From Basidiobolus meristosporus CBS 931.73 (taxonomy: Eukaryota > Fungi > Basidiobolomycota): a stretch of DNA of 64,000 nt. A program made the position numbers and the translations under genes. This document shows positions 1 to 10,134 of the stretch, in pieces. The DNA is taken from positions 97,639 to 161,638 of the forward strand of contig MCFE01000122.1 in NCBI GenBank assembly GCA_002104905.1. The letters are read 5' to 3'. The notes under the pieces were generated by a model. That model made no database searches. It was given only the letters and a program-made list of their open reading frames with translations, and was not told the origin of the DNA. The number at the start of each line of letters is the position of its first letter. The first letter of the stretch is position 1.

Positions 1-1935
1 ATCTGGTTGTATCCTGACATGAGGTCAATCTTGCTGAAAATAGTGGCTCCATTAAGTTGGTCTAAAAGCTCATCAATCCGAGGTATGGGGTACTTATTCT
101 TGACGGTAACTGAGTTCAGGGCTCTGTAGTCAATGCACATCCTAAGTGTTCCATCCTTCTTTTTCACAAAAAGCACTGGTGCTCCCCAAGGTGACTTGCT
201 GGGCCTGATGTATCCTTGCTCCAATAGCTGATCAATTTGTTTCTTCATTTCCTCCAATTCCAATGGACTCATTCTGTAAGGTGTCTTGCTCACTGGAGGG
301 CTATCTCCTGTGTCAATGGCATGATCCACGTCTCTGACTGGTGGTAGGCTTACAAGCTCATCTGGAAACACGTCTGAATATTTCTTCAAGAGAGTCTGGA
401 CCTGCTGGGGTGCTGGGATAGAGGAATCCTCCTGTAATACTGCCATGAGGAACATCTGGGTACCTTTTCTAAGTGCTCTACAGAACTGGGTCTTGCTAAG
501 TTCACTTGTCTCACACACACTGGAATTGACCAAGTTGAAATCCAGCCTGGCAGGTAATAGCTCATAGGTCTTGTTGTCTTTTTGGATCTGAGTAGCATGG
601 GTTCTCCAGTTGATTGATGGATTACGACAAAATAGCCAGGTTTTCCCAAGTACAAGGTCAAACTTGCAGTTCCCAAATATATAAGCCTGTAGGTCTTCTT
701 CATAGTCATTGATCTTCATTCTTACTGGCTGGGTAATACGGTTGATTATGTGGGAGTTCCCATCAGCTGTGGAGACTGAAGTTGATTTGGTAGGTTCCGA
801 GTTGATTCCAGCTTTCAAAGCAAATTGCTCTGACATGTACTCATGCGATGCTCCTGAGTCAATCATGATCTTGGCAGGTACTCCATTGATTGCTCCATTC
901 AGGTACAATAACTTCCCTGAGTTTGAAGTCATTTGGGACAAGTACTCTTCTGTCATATGGAAGGTGAGTTCCGAGTCTTCTTCAAGCTCATCTTCCTCAT
1001 TATTGTGTTCATGGGATTCAATATGGTTGAAGGTTCTTGTTGGCTGGTGTCCATTTCTTCTCTGAGGGCAGTACTTTGCAATATGTCCCTGCTGGTGGCA
1101 ATTGAAGCAAAGTCCTCTCTTCTTGCATTCTTCTGAGGAGGGATTCTTCTGCATAGCGTCTATTTCCATTGGTACTGCTTCTGATTGTCTTCTTTCATAA
1201 TGATTATAGCCTTTCTGACTAGTCACTGTAGGCTTCCCAACTCCAAACATAGCTGAGTCATAGTCAATGGCAATCTTGATGGCTTCTTCAATAGTCTGAG
1301 GTCTTCGGTAATTGACTTCCTTGCGAGTTCTTTCTTTCAACCCATCAATAAAGTATTCAACTTGATCCAAGGGGTCCATTCTTTCAATTTGTCCAAGTAG
1401 ACATCTGTACTCATAGATGTATTCTTGCACCATTCCTTTCTGTCTGAGTGTCTTTAACTTCCTTCTTAGTAGTGTCTGCTGGTGTGGAGGTTCAAAAGCA
1501 TCCTGAATTTCCGACACAAACTCATCCCAGGTAGAGATTGTAGAGCATCCCATCATAGTAGCTGACCTGATCTTGTTGTGGTACCACTGTAAAGCTGCAT
1601 CTGCCAGGTAAGAAGCTGCATAATGCAACTTGCTCTCTGGAGCAATTCCTTTAGCTTTAAAAGCTTCTTCAATCTGAAAGAGCCAAGTTCCCAGGTTTTC
1701 ATTGACTCTGCCATGGTACCGGTTGACCTTCACACTAAAGTTGCTCTTGATAGGGCTTTGCTGGCTCTGAGCCATGGTAGTCATTCCTTGTTGCTGTTGG
1801 CTGAGGATCTGGAGTAGCTGTTGCTGTTGGGCCAGGATTTGCTGCATGGCATTCTTCCATTCTTGATTGTCCGACATCTTGAGGGTGGTTTCTTCTTTCT
1901 TCAGGAGGGAGGTTTCTGGTTATCGCTGCTACCAA
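1..1935 (-). mobile_element. Ty3/gypsy LTR retrotransposon internal region (gag, zinc knuckle, aspartic protease, start of RT), decayed and cut by the window edge
   Basis: Minus-strand translation gives a Retrotrans_gag-like segment ([16 protein letters not shown]...FEPPHQQ), [14 protein letters not shown] knuckle (~1075-1115), protease IMIDSGASH (~840-870) and [26 protein letters not shown]...[12 protein letters not shown] (~1-190). Domain order PR-RT indicates gypsy. Confidence 0.95.
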
Positions 1936-2436
1936 TGTTACAAGTCTTGGTATAAGAGTTGTAGAGGAATAGGGAGTTTAGCTAGTATTGTATTCACTAA
2001 AACTTGAACTGATTTTTATTGAGGTTCCAGCAGCTCCTTATATACATTTTGCCAGATCAATTGCTGACTAATTGTATTTCCTAATGTAGGTTGTGGCTGA
2101 TGACTCATTTGATTGCATCATCATCACCCAATAAGATCCTACTTAATATATCTATTTCTGTCTGATAAGGATCTGCTGATTCATTTGCTGACTAATGCTA
2201 CTGATTTCATAGATAATACTGATGTACTGATAACCTAAACATATACTAACTGATTTGACTAAAAACTGATCTAACTTAAACATTCAAGCGGCAGATCATA
2301 ACAGTATACCATGTACAAGCACTTAGGTTCTTGTTTGTATGAGTTCCAAATTGACATATGTAGGAGTTGGACTGTACCAAGGTGAAGCCCAACATACTTT
2401 GGTAAAGTCCTCCTTATGAGCATCAGTGGCCTGACA
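1936..2436 (-). repeat. 5' LTR of the gypsy element, with PBS TGGTAGCAGCG at about 1924-1934
   Basis: On the minus strand the block runs TGTCAGG...TTGTAACA (TG..CA) and is followed by T-TGGTAGCAGCG, a tRNA 3'-end (CCA) type PBS. The outer boundary is +/- a few bp. Confidence 0.75.
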
Positions 2437-2439
2437 CAT

Positions 2440-2830
2440 GCAAGCCCACCTTGCATTACTTAACTGATTACCTGGACATTGAGGCTGCTTAGCTTCTTAA
2501 TGCCAAAGGTGTAGGAACCTCTATGTGCTCATCTGTGCTGAGTATCTTCCAACTCTTCTATACTATTCATTATTTGCAAACACATCACAGCCACAATTGA
2601 CACAAAGGTTATTTTATGATCAGAACGGTGTTAAGTAGCACTTAAACTTGAGATATCCCTTGAAAGATAATTTGGTCCCATAAGTGCATCCAATCTATAT
2701 CCACTGTCTGGATCCTATGATGAGTCTATCATAACACTGGCAGCTTAGCATTATTGGCACTCTACACAGTTTTTTGACAGGATTCTGATGGAATTTTGCT
2801 GATTTTACTGCCAAATAACGTTAAAAAATG
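2440..2830. mobile_element. Fragments of the CMC/EnSpm-type DNA transposon family: transposase 3' piece (~2440-2560, minus) and a terminal fragment starting at 2657
   Basis: 2450-2560 is the reverse complement of 6200-6310. CCCTTGAAAGATAATTTGGTCCCA at 2657 matches the terminus CCCTATGAAAAATAATTTGGTCCCA at 18621, and similarity continues to about 2830. Confidence 0.75.
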
Positions 2831-2838
2831 GATGTTAT

Positions 2839-3863
2839 TTAAGCATACTTTTGACAAGAATTGGAGATTTTGGCTCTGCTTGTAACATGCACACAAGGAA
2901 GCGGCTGTTTTCTAGCCATGGTGCCCTTGTTCTTCTGCCTTTGATTGTTTCTGCTGTTCTCAAGATACTTTTTTAGCATTCCAATGCTGGCCCAAAAACT
3001 GTTTGCCCATTTGAATCCAGGATAATAAATATGGAGCAAGTTAAGTGCATTTTGCTTGGCCTTGAGTTCCTGACAGTCCCATAGTATGCTGGCCTTAAGG
3101 TGATGGCATGCCACACTTCCAACAGCCTCTTGAATATTAGCCTACTCTTTACTAATGCACTCAACTGCATTAAAGATCTTCATGTCTTTTGATCATTAGG
3201 CTTTGATATAAGCACCACATTGTCTCCCACCCATGCTGTAATAGGTTTTTCTGTGGGCTTTATCATTGGGCATGGCTGTTAGCTTCAAAGACTCTATGTT
3301 GTTCCTCTGTTGTTACATTGGGAAATGGATCAATTTTGGCTGTGACATTGAGCTACTTAAGTTCCTTCTTTGCAGCACAGATACTGCTTTCTCTACCTGG
3401 GATATTGATTGCTTTACACATATTTTCTGCTCATACCTTTTCAGGACTAACTTCTAATTTCTCTGGGCCAGTGCATCTATCTCATCAACCACTGTACCTA
3501 ATTGCTTATCAATGCTTTGGTATGAGCTGACAACATACTTGCTAATATGGGTGGTGGTGATGTTATTATGGCCACATGCTGGCCTTCAACTGAAGGTACT
3601 GCACTTGCCACACTCTCATCTGCCTGGGCATAATGGTCAGCTTGCAGCTCCACAGAGGTTCTCAAGTGCCTACTTGACAGAGAGCCTGAGGAGTCTGCAT
3701 TGTTACCTTCAGTGGGTACACTGTTAACTTGGTCTTTTTTGGATATAGACCTGCTTGTTGCACTGAATCTCAAAGCAAGCTGTTGTCCAGCCATTCTTCT
3801 GCTGCTGTCAGCAGTAAGGTTTGGTTGGGAATCAGACAACTTTGCTTAATTCTTTGGTGGCAT
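2839..3863 (-). pseudogene. Decayed accessory ORF of CMC transposon copy 1 (homolog of 21719-22837)
   Basis: ORF fragments 3498-3839, 2973-3170 and 2839-3114 align to the 21719-22837 protein (SQPNxTAD...QQLAL.FSATS; HHLKASI.WD.QELKAK). Confidence 0.88.
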
Positions 3864-4085
3864 ACATATGGAAGTGAGTAAAGCCAAAGGGGAAATAGTG
3901 TTACATACAAGTGAGTATGTGGTAACACAACTTTGCTTATAATGCTTGTTATGGAGGGTCATCATTGAATTTTACATTCATGTAGGTGCAATGTCTCAAA
4001 TACAAGACTGTCTTAAATTCACATGAGCACAGACCAAAAAGTGACTTAACAGCATTACATTCTAAAAGGTCAAACTGTTTGCCCC

Positions 4086-6900
4086 ATGGACAAGACTACT
4101 TTGACTTAACACTGTAAGAGAAGAGAAAAAAGACCATGTGGCTATTGTAGCAAGCCTTTCAGCCATGAAGCACACAGACAGCTTAGAAAGTATTACAAGG
4201 TCCATTGCCAGTGTTTTGCAGCACAAGTCATATTTGACCATTCATCAGTACTACTATACCAACAATATGTTGCTGACCTGTTGATACTTTTATATTGGCA
4301 CCTGGCAATCTTTGTTACCTTGCACAAAAAGAGTCTAGTGAGTTGGTGATGCCTTTAGGCTCACCTCAGCCTTCTGATTAAAGCATGCAGATTTATATCT
4401 CACTGATAGATTGAGAGCCTATTTCCCCTAACAGCAGTATCACATATAAGCCCAGTCAAATCCCAATAGGTCATGAGACAACACCTATGGAAACAAGGAC
4501 TAAGGGTACTTTATGGAGCCAAGTAAGCCCAGTGATCCATCTACTGGTGGATGATGTAATGTTGTGGCTACGGAAGTGGCACTTTACCACTAATATCCAT
4601 AATGGGGGCTTCAAAGATTTACTACTACTTCTTGCCAAAATCATTCCAGGATGCAACTTACCATGTACATGGTGCAAGTGGACAACTGCCATGTGGCTGG
4701 CATCATATGACCCAGAGACTGTCCTGATTCCAGCATGTGTTAACAGTTGCATGGCATTCACATCCAAAAATGTCACCATTGCAATGTGACCAAATTGTCC
4801 AGAATCCACCACCATTGGGGGAAAACATTGTTCACACTCCAGATACATTCTGGTAATATGCCAACTAAAGAAGATGATGCAGTCCAACAAGTACTGTGAA
4901 GCTATACAGCACTGCACTCAGTGTCAATCAAGTGCTAACATATACAGTATATTTGATTGCACAGATTAAAACAGCTAAGAAGTAAGGGCTACTCTGAAGG
5001 TATGTATGAACATGCATTTGCCTTGTCACTTGATGGATTCTCATTAAACAAGTACTCTACCAGCAAATCCTGCTGGCCACTGATGCTCATCAACCAGAAG
5101 CTACCACCTATCCTATGGTATCAGAGCAAAAATCTGATGGTAGTCTCACTAGTATCTGGGCCTAAATCACTGTCCAACTTGGATGGCTACCTGTATTCAT
5201 TGCTGAATGAATCTTGTATGCTTTCCAGCAGTATGACAGTAAATGACCATCATGTCAAAGCACATTTTATTATCTGCATTGGAGATACTCCAGCCATCAG
5301 CAAGAAAGTCAGCTTTACTGGGCACAATGGATGGTATTGCTGTCAGATGTGTGAGATTCCAGGTATTTACTCCATAATACATGTACATTATTATTACCCA
5401 GGCACAAACACTAAGAACATCATCTTCCTACAAAGAGAACATACAGAAGTGTGCATGCTATTGCAGCAAAGTTGTCAATCTATAAGCCATTGGCCAGAAC
5501 ATGGAACCAACTGGAAAACAGGGACACTTAAGATAGAGGAATTGGTTGGAGCAAAAGCTTTCCACTAGGAGCAATACATTTGCTTTTCAACAATATCCCT
5601 ATACTGATGGCCAAGGTGTACATGAGGCATTTCAAGCTAAATTTGCCCTTCAAGATAACAGAGAAATTAGAGGGAACTGGCAAGATTTTACAAAGTATCC
5701 ACTACCCTAGGTACTCCTCACTGGCTCCAATCAATATGCATAAGCATATGCAACAATACAAATGCAAAAACTGGATGAGCTGACTATTTATTTATTCAAG
5801 TGGCATTGTGAAGCCATTCCTACTAAGTGTACAGTGGAAGCACTGGGAGTCATATGTGGACATTTTAGGAATATTTATCCTGAAGTGGACCACCAATGCC
5901 AACTTGACACACCTACATCTGCTGTGCAAGGAGTTTGTAACAGGATTTGAGCAGCTATATTACAAACATAAAGCTGAATGTGTAAATCTCTGCCACTACT
6001 GTACCCATTCTCTACTCCATCTTGCTTGGTGTGTGCAGAATATTGGGCCTTGCTTCACCTTTTGGGTGTTTCCTATGGAGCAGATGCATGGAGAGACAGG
6101 AAGACAAGTCAAGTTGCAGGTACTACCATATCCCAATCTCATCAATAATATGACCTTCAAGTCCATCATGAATGTGATGACTTGGTATATGGAGGACAGC
6201 CAGGAGGAGTTGGAAAATGCTGAGGACAGATGTGCACATAGAGAAAACTATGCCTATGGCATTAAGAAGCTAAGTAGCCCCAATGCATGGGTAATCAGTT
6301 AAGTAATGCAAAGTTAGTTTGGGTGCAACAAGTAACTAATTTTTATTAGTAAGGCTGTGCCAAAGTATGCCAGGTTTCTCTTGGTCACAAGCCAGCTTCT
6401 ACACCATTCAATACAGAATTCACACAAACAAGAGCCAGAGTGCACCTATAAGGAGGACTAGAATCTAGCAGGGAGAAGGAATATATTGCTTAAATACCAA
6501 AAAGTTATTTATGGATATTCAGGAGGTATTAATGGCAGAAGTGGCAACAACCAAGCATTTGTTTGCATGATATATATGTTACCAGCAGTACTAGGTATAT
6601 AGCAGCTTTGCAAGTATCACACTAAAAAGCTGCAAAGGTGAGGTGATAGAAGTATGTTAATTGTGGCAGGTGTGCACATTTGTAGAGGTTAGCAAGCAGG
6701 AGGCCATGGTTTTTTTTTGATTTGAATTCTATGGAATACTCAGGGCTGTAGTGGGTAAGCAGATAAACAGGGGTGATTCAACAATGCAATATACAAATTG
6801 CATGAGGGGAGGTAGAACAAGGAAATACCACTTGGTTAATTGGTACTGTAGGATGGCACAGAACTAGCTGTAGGCTGCAATACTGCCGTAATAATGCCAT
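4086..6900 (+). pseudogene. Decayed CMC/EnSpm (Transposase_21/Tnp2-like) transposase, copy 1
   Basis: HAFALSLDGFSLNKYSTSKSCWPLMLIN..LPP..GPKS...IGDTPAISK...GHNGWYCCQMC and a DUF4218-like HSLLHLAWCV..IGP....WVFPMEQ segment; multiple stops and frameshifts. Confidence 0.92.
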
Positions 6901-7044
6901 TGTAGACTTGCAAGGAGGCCATCTAAACACCTTCAGGTTTTTTGTCATATAAGGCACTGGATGTACTAGCCAGTTAGCTAACTCTTCCTTATTTGGAAGT
7001 CACTATCATTGCTGAGAAAATATTCCCTAATATGGAAATTCTGA

Positions 7045-7825
7045 ACTCCCCTTTAACCTAAAGGGATGTGTTGTAGAAGTCTCTAAAGGAGTCTTTAGAC
7101 CTAAAGGGGAGTCTAAAGGGGTGTCTTTAGAGTAAAGGGGCTTTTTGTAGTGGTGTCATGATTGCATGACATCCCTGGTCTCCAATTATCTAGCCAAATC
7201 AAGTCAGCAAAGAAATCCCAGTTCTGTCTAGATAGTTCTACTACATTCTGGCAACTTCTTGAAAGCTCCAAGTCAATGATACACAATGGAACATTCTATG
7301 GAAGCTTCCCATTAGAGTTTATGTAGTCCCATGCCATATATGGTAACTACATGTCACATGACCTAGTCACATGATCAGCTGACCCCTGACATATCTCCAT
7401 GTGATATTCCAGTGTGTCCTTTAGTATATTCTATCTTGGCACACTTAATGTGCCTCACCCCAGAACCCCATTAGTATTAGCCAATATCTCTTGGCATCCA
7501 TATTGCCAAAGAGTATATATAGTCCTATCCCCCCTTATGTATTTCTCAGTCTGATAAACACAGGTCTTGAATAAACAGTCTTGCCTTGGAAATCCACCTT
7601 GCCTTGTTGATCCACACCTAAGTCCTTTCCTGGTCCTGCCTTGCCTAGCTCTACTCTCCTGCCTTGTGTCTATTCACAATAAGTGGTCTCTAAAGTGGAC
7701 TTTACACTAGGGGGTGCCTAAAAGGGCTTCTTTAGAGTAAAGGGGTTTCTTAAAGGGGTCTTTAGACTAAAGGGGTGTCTAAAGGGGTGTCTTAAGAGTA
7801 AAGGGGTTTCTTAGAGGGGACTTTT
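7045..7825. repeat. Degenerate short-period (CT)TAAAGGGG(T) repeat array, split by a solo LTR at 7154-7681
   Basis: Repeated TAAAGGGG/CTTTAG units at about 7045-7150 and 7686-7825. Confidence 0.75.
7154..7681 (+). mobile_element. Solo LTR flanked by 5-bp target-site duplication AGTGG
   Basis: Starts TGTCATG and ends CACAATA (decayed CA end). AGTGG at 7149-7153 and 7682-7686. Internal GTCACATGA motifs, TATA-like TATATATA (~7515) and AATAAA (~7570). Confidence 0.78.
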
Positions 7826-8471
7826 CCAACAGAGAAGTGGTAGTTTCTTGCAGAACTTAGATTGGATTCTTGTGAGCTTTGCAGTCTCTTTACTGATATA
7901 ATACCAATCAAAGTCAGAATACTCAACAGTGCAAGTAATGCAGGGGAAGTCTTGTGATCTTTAAACTTGTAATCATAGTGTGGAGATTCTGGAAAGAGAG
8001 GCTCTCGTTTTATTTTTCAGCTGGGGAAGTCGTATATATGAAAATTCTGAAGGATCAAAGTTTTTGGGCAATTGCGCAAGCCCTACACAGCAGTGCAGAT
8101 CAGACATAGGTGCAGCACCTGTAAAGATTTCACGTGATTTGCTTGGCTGGTTCAAAAGTTACATCTGATCAAAGTCACCATAGTAATCCTAGCAATAATG
8201 TATAGTATATACAATAATTGGACTCTTTTGGTCATAACTCCTTAAGTACTGCTTCAAATGAGCTGTAATTTGAAACATGTGTTGGCTAATAGTGTTCTGT
8301 ACAACATAAAATTCTTGGGTGGATTGCTTGTCAGGGTCTGGAGCATTTGTTTTTCAAAGTTGGAAACTCTTGATCTTTCACTGGTGTGTTACAATAACAA
8401 AAAGCAAAAGAAAGAAATGAGTGCAATATTGGTTTAGAGATATTGTAGTAATGGAATACTTTCCATTACCA

Positions 8472-10131
8472 CAGAGCATGTGTGCAAAGCTTGGGGCTGC
8501 TTGGACAACTTTGAGAATTTTTATCTTCTGGGTACCTGATATTTTAGTTAAAATGTTCTAAGTTATTCCCAATAAGGAATCAGGTCAGTATTCTCTAAGA
8601 TTTGAATAAATGATCTTAGCAGTTAAGTAAGGTGAATATTTAGGTGGATTACAAACTTTTACAACACTCCCACTCAACTAAATGTTCATGCTGACTAGTT
8701 CCAATTTTTTCCCAAGATATTCAAACTTGTCTCTAGCAAAGGGTTGGGTGAGTGTGTCTGCAAATATTTTGTCAATAGGACAGTAAGCTAAGCTAACTAA
8801 GTTATTCTCTATAGCTTCTTATGTGAAGTGATGTCTAATACCTAAGTGCATAGTTTTAGTATGAAAAGCAGAATCTTTACCTAATTGTATACATCCTTGA
8901 TTATCTTGAGATAAAGTAAAAGAAGTTTTGTGACATAGACCTAGGTCTCTAAAAAGCTTCCTTAACTACATCACTTTTTTTGTAGCTTTATAGGCTGCCA
9001 TATATTCTGCCTCTGTGGTAGAAAGTGCTATGGTTGGTTGCTTTCATGAATTCCATGAAATTGCCACTTTACAGTAAAGGAAGGTGTATCCTGTGGTGAA
9101 TCTTCTGTATTCTAAACTTGATCCCCAATCAGCATCAGGGTACCCCACTGGACCCTGTTCTGAGCTTTTTTAATTGAATCTTAAGCAGATATTGGCAGCT
9201 CCTTTTAGGTATCTAAAAATCTGTTCAACTGCTGCAATATGATCAGATCAATAGTTCTGATTGTGCCAGCTGCCAACTCCCACTGAATATGAGATATCCA
9301 GACTTGCTCCATACATGCTGCACATCAGACTGCTGACTATAGATTGATTCAGAAACTCAGGGCTTTCAGATGGTACCAAGCTCTCATGATTTGGTTAAGT
9401 TTTGAACAAGTTAAGATTTGTCTCCATTGGGGTTGCTGCTGGTTTACAGTCTTCCATTTTGTACTTCTTTAGTATATCTTGAATAGATTTGGATTGGCTT
9501 GCGGTAATAGTCCGGGCACTTCTGTCTATGCAGAACTTAATCCCTAAGTAGTAACTGAGTTCTTCTAGATCAGACATCATGAACTCTTCAGATAGGCAGG
9601 ATTTGTCTCTTCCAATGTTTCTAGGTTTTTGGCTGCTATAATAAGATCATCCACATATAGAGCTAATAGAACTGGTTTTGCTCTATCTGGCTTATAGTAA
9701 ATACTATAGTCAGCATTACTCCATTTGAAACTCAAAGTTTGCAAATAGGAATCTATCTTGCAATTCCAGGCTCTTGGTGATTGTTTGAGACCATATGGTG
9801 ACTTTTTAGGCTTGCAGATCAAATGGGGGTTATCTTGGTCAACAAACCCATCAGGCTGGTCTATATACACCTCCTCATCAAGTTTTTCATTCAGAAATGC
9901 AGCTTTTACATCCATTTGATGAATAAAAGACTTATATTTGGCTGCAATAGTCAATATTAATCTGATGGAATTAAACTTGGCTACCGGTGCAATGGTCTCA
10001 AAATAGTCAAGTCCTTTTGTTTGAGAGTATCCTTTGGCTACAAGTCTTGCTTTGTATCTTTCAATTGTACCATCAGCCGTGTATTTTGTCTTGAAGACCC
10101 ATCTGCATCCAATTGATTTTTGGTCTTCCAT
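8472..10131 (-). mobile_element. Ty1/copia copy D: RT-RNase H plus truncated 3' LTR (8472-8666)
   Basis: KSIGCRWVFKTK...YKARLVAKGYSQ...LYVDDLII; RNase H region G.YPDADWG.SLEYRRFTTGY; PPT AGTGGGAG then TGTTGTAAAAG at 8666. Confidence 0.92.
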
Positions 10132-10134
10132 TTG

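Noticed and set aside
7141-7152. Apparent canonical CACTA terminus (reverse complement CACTACAAAAAG)
   Set aside because: Its last bases are the left copy of the solo-LTR TSD (AGTGG) and the TAAAGGGG array continues in the same orientation beyond the LTR, so it is not clearly an element end; no partner TIR was found.
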